Positions 1-9,219 of a stretch of 64,000 bases of DNA are shown in pieces (the stretch's first letter is position 1; every line of letters starts with the position of its first letter). The DNA is from Acidimicrobiales bacterium (GTDB lineage: Bacteria > Actinomycetota > Acidimicrobiia > Acidimicrobiales > AC-9): positions 309 through 64,308 of the forward strand of contig DASXCO010000094.1 in NCBI GenBank assembly GCA_036491125.1, in the 5' to 3' direction. Below the pieces are notes generated by a model. The model was not told the origin of the DNA, ran no database searches, and worked only from the letters and a program-made list of their open reading frames with translations. A program made the translations under genes and the position numbers.

Positions 1-344
1 CCCGGCGCACCGCCCACTCGCCGGTCGCGCCCACCGAGGTGGCTCCCGCCTTGTCGGCTCTAGCCCGAGACGCCAGCGTCGCCAGCTACGCGCCGGTGCC
101 ACCAGGCACCGAGGTCGTCACGAGGTCGGTCGTGGCCGCGGCGGTGATCGAGGGCGCCGTGTGGAAGCGGGCGACCTGGTGGCAACGGCTGCGTTGGAGG
201 CTCGATCCTCGTCAGCTGCTCCGCGCCAGCGGGCGGGACGGCGCGTGGAATGGGCACGATCCCGATCGTCGGCCGGGCCCGCGCCCACCGGCCGGCACGC
301 ACGACGACGCCGAGCGCCGTTCGTCCGAGGTGTCAGTCTCCTAG
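1..344 (+). CDS. 3' end of an unidentified gene entering from upstream of the window (partial)
   Basis: The frame of ORF 39..344 stays open back to base 3 and has strong G/C at third codon positions. No domain recognised. Confidence 0.3.
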   Translation, partial: RRTAHSPVAPTEVAPALSALARDASVASYAPVPPGTEVVTRSVVAAAVIEGAVWKRATWWQRLRWRLDPRQLLRASGRDGAWNGHDPDRRPGPRPPAGTHDDAERRSSEVSVS

Positions 345-378
345 CTGGGCCCTCCGCTGGCCGCGGACGGCAGTTCGG

Positions 379-753
379 TCAGTCGCTTCGCTTGAACCGC
401 TCACGGAGACGGCGCTGGGTGTCTCCCAGCGTCTCCGACAGTCCCTGGGCCCGCACCGACTTGGTCACCTGCTGCCAGCCCGCTCGACCCATGTTGCGGA
501 GGTTGCGCTCGAAGTAGATGGCCGAGAACAACATGATGAAGAAGCCCAGCAGGCCGAGCAGCAGCGACGTCGAGAACCACACCACCAGGATGGCCAGCCC
601 GCCCAGGAAGGCGAGCGCCGACCACTTGCAGTTGCGACCGGCGTGGCGGTAGACGGTCTCCCGCCGCACCCGAGCAGCGAAATCCGGATCGTGCTCATAG
701 AAGTTGCGCTCGATCTCGTGGAGGATCCGCTGCTCTTCTTCGGAAAGCGGCAC
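379..753 (-). CDS. DUF3040 family membrane protein
   Basis: N-terminus MPLSEEEQRILHEIERNFYEHDPDF is typical of DUF3040. Two hydrophobic helices follow. Confidence 0.8.
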   Translation of the reverse strand: MPLSEEEQRILHEIERNFYEHDPDFAARVRRETVYRHAGRNCKWSALAFLGGLAILVVWFSTSLLLGLLGFFIMLFSAIYFERNLRNMGRAGWQQVTKSVRAQGLSETLGDTQRRLRERFKRSD

Positions 754-890
754 TACCGCCCCCTTGCCACCCCTGGCCGTCGATGTCTTCTCGGGTTCAA
801 TCTTCGCGCAGTGGCTGCGCTACAACAACGCGTTGTGGCAAGACCGGTCCCGGGCACGCCCCCGCTGGGCCCCTCGGCGCAGGTTCGTGC

Positions 891-908
891 GCCGGACCCG
901 CCGGACCC
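891..908. repeat. 9-bp tandem duplication (gccggaccc x2) just 3' of the dinB stop
   Basis: Direct reading of gccggacccgccggaccc a few nt downstream of the minus-strand stop at 915. Confidence 0.6.
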
Positions 909-914
909 GCCCGC

Positions 915-2222
915 CTAGCTGGATCCGGCCTGTCCGGACCGGGGGCCCCACTGGGTGTCACCCCTCCGCTTGACGTCGACGCCGTCCGGCCCGGCTAGCG
1001 AGGCGGGCCCGACGGCCTCACTCCCGAACCGCGCCCGAACCGCGTCCAGAGCGCCCGAGGCGTCGCTGTCCCGATCGCGGGACCCAGCGTCGAGACCACC
1101 GAAGCTGAGCTGCTGTGCGCCTCGGTCCGATGCCCCGGTGAGCCCCGAGACGCTCACGCCCAAGAGGCGGACCCCGGGGCGCACGTCCACGGCGCCGAGG
1201 AGCACGGACGCCAGCCTGGCGATGACGGGCCCCTGATCAACCGGGTCGGCGAGGCTGTGTGAACGGGTGATCGTGGACATATCGCCGAAGCGCACCTTGA
1301 GCGTCACCGTCCGGCCTGCCTTGTCACTGCCCCGCAGCCGGGCTGCCACGGCGTCGGACATGCGGACGACCTGACGACGCAGGCTGATCAGATCGTGATC
1401 GTCCTGCGCGTACGTCTCCTCGTGCCCGATCGACTTCACCTCGCGATCCGGCTCGACCGGCCGGGGGTCACGGGCCCAGGCCAGCTCGTGCAGATGGCGA
1501 CCCAACGCCTGACCCACAGTGATCACGAGCGTCTCGACCGGCACCGCCGCCAGATCGCCCACGGTCGACACGCCGAGCCGGGTCAGTCGGGAGGCGGTCA
1601 CGGGCCCGACACCCCACAGGGCGGACACCGGCAGCGGGTGGAGGAAGCCGAGCTCGGCGTCCGGCTCGACGGCGACGACTCCGGCACCGGCTCGGGGCCC
1701 GGTGGGGGTGGCGGCCGGCTTGGCCGCCCTGGACGCCAGCTTCGCCAGCAGCTTCGAGCGGGCCACCCCCACCGACGACCACAGACCGAGCTCCTCGTGG
1801 ACGCGCCCGCGGACGGCGCGGGCGATCTCGGTCCCCGATCCGAACAGCCGACGGGCACCCCGCACATCGAGGAAGGCCTCGTCGAGCCCGATACCTTCGA
1901 CGAGCGGCGTGAACGAGCTCAGCACCTCGTGCAACCGCTGGCTGACGGCGGCGTACACGTCGAACCGTCCGGGCCGGAACACGGCCTGCGGACACAGGCG
2001 GCTGGCCTGGACCGACGGCATGGCCGAGCGAACCCCGTACGCCCGGGCTTCGTACGAGCAGGAGGCGACCACTCCGCGCGATCCCGACCCGCCGACGATG
2101 ACCGGGCGGCCGGCGAGGCCGGCATCCTCGAGGATCTCGACGGCGGCGTAGAAGGCGTCCATATCGAGGTGCAGGATGTCGAGGTGCGGCGCGTCGACCT
2201 CCTCGGCCACGGAACCGGTCAC
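915..2222 (-). CDS. dinB: DNA polymerase IV (Y-family translesion polymerase)
   Basis: ORF 915..2432 trimmed to the GTG at 2222, just before ILHLDMDAFYAAVEILED. Y-family motifs run throughout. The start overlaps the upstream NUDIX stop as GTGA. Confidence 0.9.
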   Translation of the reverse strand: MTGSVAEEVDAPHLDILHLDMDAFYAAVEILEDAGLAGRPVIVGGSGSRGVVASCSYEARAYGVRSAMPSVQASRLCPQAVFRPGRFDVYAAVSQRLHEVLSSFTPLVEGIGLDEAFLDVRGARRLFGSGTEIARAVRGRVHEELGLWSSVGVARSKLLAKLASRAAKPAATPTGPRAGAGVVAVEPDAELGFLHPLPVSALWGVGPVTASRLTRLGVSTVGDLAAVPVETLVITVGQALGRHLHELAWARDPRPVEPDREVKSIGHEETYAQDDHDLISLRRQVVRMSDAVAARLRGSDKAGRTVTLKVRFGDMSTITRSHSLADPVDQGPVIARLASVLLGAVDVRPGVRLLGVSVSGLTGASDRGAQQLSFGGLDAGSRDRDSDASGALDAVRARFGSEAVGPASLAGPDGVDVKRRGDTQWGPRSGQAGSS

Positions 2223-2770
2223 AGCCTGATCACCTCGAGGCGACGGGCGTCGTTGCCTTCGAGGCGGTAGCGGTACGAGCGATCCTCCCTCCCGGACCCG
2301 GGCCCGGCGGCCCGCTCCGGCCGTTCCCTCGACCCGCCCTCCCAGCCCGGCGGTCGCTCGGCCAGCCAGGCGACAAGCGGCTCGGCCACCCAGGGGCGAC
2401 AGCCGTCGAGATGGAGCTCGGCGGCGTCCCATGCCACGAACCGGGCATCGACCACGATCCCGTCCGGATCATTGACGGCCAGGTCCCCGGAGTACGACAG
2501 GGCCAGGTGGACCTCCACGCGCAACAGCCAGCCCAGGCTCTCGGCCAGCGCCTCGACCTTGTAGACGGGTCCGGCCCACTCGTCGACGATCAGTCCCGTC
2601 TCCTCGTCCACCTCCCGGGTGAGCCCACCCCGGACGGACTCGCCGCCGCTCACGTCGATCACGCCGCCGGGGGGCGACCAGTCCAGCGATCCGTCACGCC
2701 GACGGTTCTGGACCAGTAGGAGGCCGTCGTGGTTCTCGACGAGTCCACCGGCAACCAGCCACTCACGCAC
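2219..2770 (-). CDS. NUDIX hydrolase with C-terminal extension
   Basis: Nudix box GGVIDVSGGESVRGGLTREVDEETGL. Translationally coupled to dinB. Confidence 0.85.
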   Translation of the reverse strand: MREWLVAGGLVENHDGLLLVQNRRRDGSLDWSPPGGVIDVSGGESVRGGLTREVDEETGLIVDEWAGPVYKVEALAESLGWLLRVEVHLALSYSGDLAVNDPDGIVVDARFVAWDAAELHLDGCRPWVAEPLVAWLAERPPGWEGGSRERPERAAGPGSGREDRSYRYRLEGNDARRLEVIRL

Positions 2771-2810
2771 AGAAGCATTCTGCCCTCCCGAACCTTGCCA
2801 CCGCCGGAGG

Positions 2811-2838
2811 GCTCAGCCGGTGAGGCTCAGCCGGTGAG
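2811..2838. repeat. 14-bp tandem duplication (gctcagccggtgag x2) spanning the stop codon of the PIG-L gene
   Basis: Two adjacent identical copies, each carrying tca (TGA on the minus strand) at 2813 and 2827. This produces the two nested ORFs 2813.. and 2827.. in the track. Confidence 0.8.
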
Positions 2839-3537
2839 GCGCAACCGCCGAAATCCCTCGGCATAGCGCACTCCGGCCTGTCGACCGCTCTCCTCCGCCC
2901 GCTCTCTGATGACCGTGCGCAGCCACTCCCCCGTCTCGGTCAGCTGGCTGCGGTGGCACAGCACCGCCCCGAGCTTGATCTCCAGGGTGGCCGAGACATC
3001 GACCCACACGTCCGGCTCGAGCGTGCCCGAGAGATAGACCACCTCGACCTGGTGCGGGGGCCCGGTCTCCGGGAAATACAGCGGGAGGGCGGCAGCGGGG
3101 GCCACGGCGTCGAGGGCGGCCCAGCCCACCACGCGGTGGTCCAGATGGTTGTAGTAGTCCTGGCCGAACATCACCGCCTGGGGGTCGGGGCACACGACCA
3201 CCTGGGGCCGCACCTCCCGAACCATGGCGACCAGCTCCCGCCGAAGGGCGGCCCCGTTCTCGAGCTCACCGTCGGGGTGACCGAGGAGGTGGTGTCCGCT
3301 CAGGCCGACGAGCCTGGCCGCCGCCGCCACCTCGTCCGCCCGACGGGACACCAGCTCCACCGGATCGGTCTCGGGGTCCGACGAGCCCTTGTCGCCGCTC
3401 GTGCACACGACCGTGTGCACCTCTGATCCGGCAGCGCTCCAACGGGCGAGGGTGCCGCCGCAGGAGACCTCGGGATCGTCGGGGTGGGCGTAGCAGGCGA
3501 GCACCCTCGTCGGTGCGTCACGGACCAGCTCGGCCAT
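2827..3537 (-). CDS. PIG-L family deacetylase (LmbE/MshB-like)
   Basis: RVLACYAHPDDPEVSCGGTLARW...VVCTSGDKG matches the PIG-L/LmbE signature AHPDDxE. Confidence 0.85.
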   Translation of the reverse strand: MAELVRDAPTRVLACYAHPDDPEVSCGGTLARWSAAGSEVHTVVCTSGDKGSSDPETDPVELVSRRADEVAAAARLVGLSGHHLLGHPDGELENGAALRRELVAMVREVRPQVVVCPDPQAVMFGQDYYNHLDHRVVGWAALDAVAPAAALPLYFPETGPPHQVEVVYLSGTLEPDVWVDVSATLEIKLGAVLCHRSQLTETGEWLRTVIRERAEESGRQAGVRYAEGFRRLRLTG

Positions 3538-3600
3538 CCGGGCGAGCGTAGCGAGGTGGGGGCCCGTCAGGGATCGGCAGCGCCGGACCCCTGCGGCGTC

Positions 3601-4620
<1,020 letters not shown>

Positions 4621-4756
4621 CGGAGCCAGCGTATCGCCGGCGGCGCGGCGCCCTGGCCGGCTCCGAAGTACCCGGGCCCCGCGCCACCAGCGCTGCGGCC
4701 CGGCGCCGCTGCGGCCGCACGCCCCGGACCGCGCCCACCCGCGATAGACCGTCCGC

Positions 4757-5629
4757 ATGGCGGACCCCGACGAGCTCCTCGAGATCGCGGCGACCGTGGC
4801 CCGATCGGCCGGCGTTCTTCTCCTAGACGGCCTCCACCGCACCCGGACGAGCGTCCGCACGAAATCCAGCCGTACCGACATGGTCACCGAGATGGACCTC
4901 GCCAGCGAGTCCCTCATCGCCGCGGCGCTCCACCGCCAACGACCGAGCGACGCCATCCTCGGCGAGGAGGGGGCGCGACAGGAAGGCAGCACAGGAGTCC
5001 GCTGGATCGTGGACCCACTCGACGGGACGACCAACTACCTGTACGCGTGGCCTGCCTTCGCCGTCTCGATCGCGGCTGAAGTCGACGGTCGAGTCGCCGT
5101 CGGCGTCGTCCACGATCCCTCGCACGCCGAGACCTTCGCCGCCATCCGCGGCGTTGGAGCCTGGCTATCCAGCTCCAGTGACCCCGACCGGGTCGATGGC
5201 GCGCCCGGGACGGTGCCCGCGCGAGACGGCCGGACCTCACTGCGGCTCGACGCTCCGCCCAGGCTGGCCGACGCGTTGGTCGGGACCGGCTTCAACTATG
5301 ACGCCGCCCTGCGCGCCCGCCAGGCCGAGGTCCTCACCCGGGTGCTCCCGGTCGTGCGTGACATCCGCCGAGCGGGCGCCGCCTCCCTCGATCTGTGCTG
5401 GCTCGCCGCCGGGCGCGTCGACGCCTTCTTCGAAGCCGGGCTCCAGCCATGGGACTGGGCCGCGGGTGCCCTCGTCGCCTCCGAGTCGGGGGCTTGGGTC
5501 GGTGACCTCGAGGGTGGACCGCCGTCGGGATCGATGACGCTGGCCGCCGCGCCCGAGCTGGCTGGTCGCCTACGAGCGCTGCTCGTCGAGGCCGGCGCCG
5601 GGAACGCTCCCCTCGATGCTCCGGGCTGA
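4757..5629 (+). CDS. Inositol monophosphatase family protein (SuhB/ImpA/HisN-like)
   Basis: Motifs EMDLASE and WIVDPLDGTTNY. Confidence 0.85.
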   Translation: MADPDELLEIAATVARSAGVLLLDGLHRTRTSVRTKSSRTDMVTEMDLASESLIAAALHRQRPSDAILGEEGARQEGSTGVRWIVDPLDGTTNYLYAWPAFAVSIAAEVDGRVAVGVVHDPSHAETFAAIRGVGAWLSSSSDPDRVDGAPGTVPARDGRTSLRLDAPPRLADALVGTGFNYDAALRARQAEVLTRVLPVVRDIRRAGAASLDLCWLAAGRVDAFFEAGLQPWDWAAGALVASESGAWVGDLEGGPPSGSMTLAAAPELAGRLRALLVEAGAGNAPLDAPG

Positions 5630-5643
5630 ACGCGGGGCGGTCC

Positions 5644-6675
5644 TCACTCGAAGAAGACCTCGGCAACATCGCGGACCAGCTGCTCGTCAACCGTCTTGAG
5701 CTCGGCCAGAGCCTCGGCCAGCGGTACGCTGACGATGGCGTTCGATCTGAGAGCAACCATGGTGTCGAAGGCCCGGGCGTGGACGGCATCGATGGCCGCA
5801 ACACCAAACCGGGTCGCCAGGACCCGGTCGAAGGCCGTGGGCGTGCCGCCCCGCTGCACGTGGCCGAGGATCGTCACCCGCGCCTCGAACCCGGTGCGCC
5901 GTTCGATCTCCTCAGCGAGGAGGTTGCCGATGCCCCCGAGGCGCTCGTGACCGAACTGGTCGACCGTGGAAGACGCCAGCTGCAGCGTGCCCTCCCGGGG
6001 CTTCGCCCCCTCGGCGACGACCACGATGGAGGCGAACCGACCCTTCTGGTGGCGGCGCTTCAGGCTCTCGCACACGACGTCGATGTCGAACGGTTCCTCG
6101 GGCACCAGGATCTCGGCCGCACCGCCGGCGATGCCGGCGTACGTCGCGATCCATCCCGCGTGTCGGCCCATCACCTCGCACACGATGACCCGGTCGTGCG
6201 ACTCCGCCGTGGTGTGGAGGCGGTCGATGGCGTCGGTGGCGATCTGAACCGCCGTATGGAAGCCGAAGGTCACCTCGGTCGCCGACAGATCGTTGTCGAT
6301 CGTCTTGGGCACCCCGACGACCGACAGGCCCTCGTCCGCGAGACGATGGGCAACTCCAAGGGTGTCCTCGCCCCCGATGGCGATCAGGGCGTCGAGGGCG
6401 TGGTCGGTCACCGTCTCGCGCACCCCCGCCACGCCGCCGTCGACCTTGTAGGGGTTGGTGCGCGACGTGCCCAGGATCGTCCCCCCTCGGGGAAGGATCC
6501 CTCGACACCGCTCCACGTCCAGCTGCAGGGTGCGGCCCTCGATCGCCCCGCGCCAGCCGTCGGCTAGGCCGACGAACCCGTCTCCGTAGGCCACCTCGCC
6601 CTTGCGAACCACGGCCCGTATCACCGCGTTCAGCCCCGGGCAGTCGCCCCCACCCGTCAGCACTCCCACTCGCAC
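5644..6675 (-). CDS. pfkA: 6-phosphofructokinase
   Basis: MRVGVLTGGGDCPGLNAVIRAVV and IGGEDTLGVA, PKTIDNDL motifs. Confidence 0.9.
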   Translation of the reverse strand: MRVGVLTGGGDCPGLNAVIRAVVRKGEVAYGDGFVGLADGWRGAIEGRTLQLDVERCRGILPRGGTILGTSRTNPYKVDGGVAGVRETVTDHALDALIAIGGEDTLGVAHRLADEGLSVVGVPKTIDNDLSATEVTFGFHTAVQIATDAIDRLHTTAESHDRVIVCEVMGRHAGWIATYAGIAGGAAEILVPEEPFDIDVVCESLKRRHQKGRFASIVVVAEGAKPREGTLQLASSTVDQFGHERLGGIGNLLAEEIERRTGFEARVTILGHVQRGGTPTAFDRVLATRFGVAAIDAVHARAFDTMVALRSNAIVSVPLAEALAELKTVDEQLVRDVAEVFFE

Positions 6676-6687
6676 CGACTCACCTCC

Positions 6688-7158
6688 TCACACTCGCCGC
6701 TTGGGCTCGGTCGTCTTGCTCAGCAAGCCGACCTCCCGCTCGAAATCGCCCACATCCTCGAAGCCCTTGTAGACGCTGGCAAAGCGCAGGTACGCCACCT
6801 GGTCCAGCCGTCGAAGCCGGTCGAGGACCGCCACGCCGATCTGCTGGCTGGTCGGCTCGGGACCGAGCAGCCGCATCGCCTCCTCGACCTCGCCGGCCAG
6901 CGCGTCCATGGCCTCAGCGCTCACGGGCCGGTTCTTGGTGGCCGCCCGCACACCGGCGACGACCTTGGCCCGGTCGAACGGCACACGGTCGCCCGACCGT
7001 TTGCCAACCATCAGCGCCGCCTCCTCGATGCGCTCGAAGGTGGTGAACCGGCGCCCGCAGGTCGCGCACTCGCGCCGCCGGCGGATAGCCGCGCCGTCAT
7101 CAGCCAACCGCGAGTCCACGACCCGGTCCTCGAGGCTCGAGCAGATCGGACAGCGCAC
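6688..7158 (-). CDS. nrdR: Transcriptional repressor NrdR
   Basis: ORF trimmed to the GTG at 7158 (VRCPICSSLEDRVVDSR...CATCGRRFTTFE). Zinc ribbon plus ATP-cone. Confidence 0.9.
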   Translation of the reverse strand: MRCPICSSLEDRVVDSRLADDGAAIRRRRECATCGRRFTTFERIEEAALMVGKRSGDRVPFDRAKVVAGVRAATKNRPVSAEAMDALAGEVEEAMRLLGPEPTSQQIGVAVLDRLRRLDQVAYLRFASVYKGFEDVGDFEREVGLLSKTTEPKRRV

Positions 7159-7249
7159 GGCCGCGGACGCTATCGCTCCAACCGCGCCAGCGCGTCTCGT
7201 CTGTCGTGCGTCCCGCTGACGCTGACCGCCGTCGCGGCCGGGCGCCGGA

Positions 7250-7678
7250 TCAGGGCAGCACGAGGTGCTGACCCGCCTGGAGAGAGCCCCCGGGAACCTG
7301 GGTGGACAGCTGGTCCACAAGCGGCCGCGGGTCCTGGTCGGGGTGCACGTGGCGGGCGATGCTCCACAGCGTGTCGCCCGGCTGGACGATGTAGGTCCGG
7401 GTGCCGACCGCAGCCGCCGCCGGCGTCACCCGCCCGGGGACGACGAGGGGATCGCCCCCGGGCAGGACGAGAGGCCGGATGACCAGCACCAGCCCGGCAG
7501 CGAAGGCGATGGCCGTCAGCCGACGCCGGATCGTGGCCCGCCGCCGGGCCGCCGAGGTGGGGGGACGACGGCGACTCCGATCGACGCGCTCGGCGCCGGC
7601 CGGCCCACGCGGCTCGGGCGACCGCGCCGGCGGACGGGCGACACGATCCCGTGGGAGGGGGTAGGCAATGGCGGCCAT
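7250..7678 (-). CDS. LysM domain-containing protein, divergent from lexA
   Basis: C-terminal LysM domain (YIVQPGDTLWSIARHV...LQAGQHLVLP) and one TM segment. The position between nrdR and lexA resembles the mycobacterial Rv2719c-lexA arrangement. Confidence 0.75.
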   Translation of the reverse strand: MAAIAYPLPRDRVARPPARSPEPRGPAGAERVDRSRRRPPTSAARRRATIRRRLTAIAFAAGLVLVIRPLVLPGGDPLVVPGRVTPAAAAVGTRTYIVQPGDTLWSIARHVHPDQDPRPLVDQLSTQVPGGSLQAGQHLVLP

Positions 7679-7734
7679 GCTCGCTCGCTCCTACTCGCTG
7701 GCTTCTCTTGCGTCCTTCTACTGTGTCCTTCTAC

Positions 7735-7748
7735 CGAACACCTGTTCT
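7735..7748. promoter_or_regulatory. SOS (LexA) box 1: CGAAC-acct-GTTCt
   Basis: GAAC-N4-GTTC palindrome in the lexA/LysM intergenic region. Confidence 0.7.
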
Positions 7749-7768
7749 CCTGCGTGCCCAGCAGATCA

Positions 7769-7782
7769 CGAACATCTGTTCG
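7769..7782. promoter_or_regulatory. SOS (LexA) box 2: CGAAC-atct-GTTCG (perfect)
   Basis: Perfect match to the actinobacterial/Gram-positive LexA core CGAAC-N4-GTTCG. Confidence 0.85.
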
Positions 7783-7796
7783 TTGTCAAGCGGCGA

Positions 7797-7810
7797 TCGA
7801 ACAGATGTTT
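7797..7810. promoter_or_regulatory. SOS (LexA) box 3: TCGAAC-agat-GTTT (imperfect)
   Basis: Left half-site is perfect; right half-site has one mismatch. Confidence 0.55.
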
Positions 7811-7839
7811 CCCTCGGCCGGATCGTGCTGGTACGCTGG

Positions 7840-7853
7840 GAACGCACGTTCGA
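7840..7853. promoter_or_regulatory. SOS (LexA) box 4: GAAC-gcac-GTTCGA
   Basis: GAAC-N4-GTTC palindrome about 95 nt upstream of the lexA ATG. Confidence 0.75.
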
Positions 7854-7948
7854 CGCCGGGCCCCTGGAGGGGTTCGGTAGGTGGGAACGACCAGGGAACA
7901 TCCAGGGAAGGCGCCCGCAGGACGGGCCGACGGGAGGAGAGCGAGACC

Positions 7949-8581
7949 ATGCCCGAGGCGACGCTGAGCGGCAAACGGCGGGAGATCCTCGACTTCATCG
8001 CCGAGCGGCTCCAGGAGCGCGGTTATCCCCCGTCGGTGCGCGAGATCGGCGAGGCCGTGGGCCTCAACTCGTCGTCGACCGTCCACGCCCACCTGGCCAC
8101 GCTCCAGCGCCAGGGTTTCCTGCAGCGCGACCCGACCAAGCCCCGCGCCATCACGGTCAGCTACGACCCCTCGTCAGGGGCGGCGCTGGCCAGCCGGCCG
8201 GTACGCCACGTTCCACTCGTCGGGGAGGTGGCAGCCGGGACCGATGTGCTCGCCCAAGAGAACGTCGAGGACCTCATGCCCCTCCCCCAGGACTTCACCG
8301 GGACCGGCACCCTGTTCATGCTCAAGGTGCGGGGCGACTCGATGGTGGACGCGGGGATCCTCGACGGCGACTACGTCGTGGTGCGTCAACAGCCGGAGGT
8401 CGAGCGGGGCGACATCGTCGCCGCCGGCTTACCCGACGGGGACGCCACGGTGAAGTTCTACAGCCGCCGAGGGCGGAAGGTCGTGCTCAAGCCGGCCAAC
8501 CCGGACTACGACCCCATCGAGCACGACGCAGCGGAGGTGACCGTCTACGGCAAGGTCGTGACCGTCCTCCGCCGCCTGTGA
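7949..8581 (+). CDS. lexA: LexA repressor
   Basis: ORF 7265..8581 trimmed to the ATG at 7949 after a GGGAGGAG RBS. Contains RREILDFI...GYPPSVREIGEAVGL wHTH, an S24 peptidase domain (LKVRGDSMVDAGI) and a VAAG cleavage region. Confidence 0.92.
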   Translation: MPEATLSGKRREILDFIAERLQERGYPPSVREIGEAVGLNSSSTVHAHLATLQRQGFLQRDPTKPRAITVSYDPSSGAALASRPVRHVPLVGEVAAGTDVLAQENVEDLMPLPQDFTGTGTLFMLKVRGDSMVDAGILDGDYVVVRQQPEVERGDIVAAGLPDGDATVKFYSRRGRKVVLKPANPDYDPIEHDAAEVTVYGKVVTVLRRL

Positions 8582-8592
8582 CACGGTGCCGC

Positions 8593-8622
8593 GCCCCGAT
8601 CAGGAGAGCCCCGATCAGGAGA
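8593..8622. repeat. 15-bp tandem duplication (gccccgatcaggaga x2) spanning the peroxiredoxin stop codon
   Basis: Two identical adjacent copies. The second contains the functional minus-strand TGA at 8615..8617. Confidence 0.8.
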
Positions 8623-9076
8623 GCTTGGCCAGGGCCGCCTCGTAGTCGGCTCGGTTCCGCGGCGTGAGCAGCTCGGGCGAGGCGAACGTGGCCACGACCG
8701 TACCGGTCTTGTCGATCACGAACGTCGCCCGGTCGGCGCAGCCCAAGGCCTCGTTGAACACCCCGTAGGCGCGTGCCACCGCACCGTGAGGCCAGAAGTC
8801 GCCCAGCACCGGGAACCCGAAGCCCTGCTCCTCGGCCCACCGGGCCTGGGCGAAAGGGCTGTCGCAGGAGACGGCGATGAGCTGTGCGTTCGCCGTCTGG
8901 AACGACGACAGGTCATCGCGCAGCTCGCAGAGCTCCCCTTGGCACACGCCGGTGAAGGTGAACGGGTAGAAGACGAGCACCACGTTCTCCTTGCCCCGGT
9001 AATCCGACAGCTTCACCTTGTTGCGGCCCTGACTGAGCTCGAAATCCGGGGCCTCCTGGCCGACCTCGATTGCCAC
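8615..9076 (-). CDS. Peroxiredoxin (AhpE/Bcp-like)
   Basis: VLVFYPFTFTGVCQGELC active-site region. GTG start preceded by GGAGGA. Confidence 0.85.
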   Translation of the reverse strand: MAIEVGQEAPDFELSQGRNKVKLSDYRGKENVVLVFYPFTFTGVCQGELCELRDDLSSFQTANAQLIAVSCDSPFAQARWAEEQGFGFPVLGDFWPHGAVARAYGVFNEALGCADRATFVIDKTGTVVATFASPELLTPRNRADYEAALAKLS

Positions 9077-9115
9077 GAACGATCCTCCATTCCGTTCCGA
9101 TTCCGTTGGCCGGCG

Positions 9116-9190
9116 TCCGGGGCCGGCGATGCGATGGGCCGACCTCCCGGGCCGGCGATGCGATGCACCGACCTCCCGGGCCGGCGATCG
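9116..9190. repeat. About 2.6 tandem copies of a 29-bp GC-rich unit (tcccgggccggcgatgcgatgNNccgacc)
   Basis: Read directly in the ahpE-like/dapE intergenic region. Shares the cctcccgggccggc core with other repeats in the window. Confidence 0.7.
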
Positions 9191-9219
9191 TCTCCACGAG
9201 CGTGGGCGGGCCCGTCAGT

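Noticed and set aside
915-2432. N-terminal extensions of longest-ORF calls: dinB to 2432, ltaE to 5034, nrdR to 7320, lexA from 7265, dapE to 10443, hflX to 14218, rimO to 27022, acyl-CoA synthetase to 38421, thiolase to 51507, SRPBCC to 56178, and others.
   Set aside because: The extensions are low-complexity, overlap the neighbouring upstream gene and precede the conserved family N-termini. Internal ATG/GTG/TTG starts that form 4-nt start/stop overlaps or follow RBS-like GGAGG motifs fit better.
7679-7948. Possible c-di-AMP (ydaO-type) or other riboswitch upstream of the LysM cell-wall protein gene.
   Set aside because: I saw no conserved riboswitch helices or motifs. The region is explained by four LexA boxes and the lexA leader.
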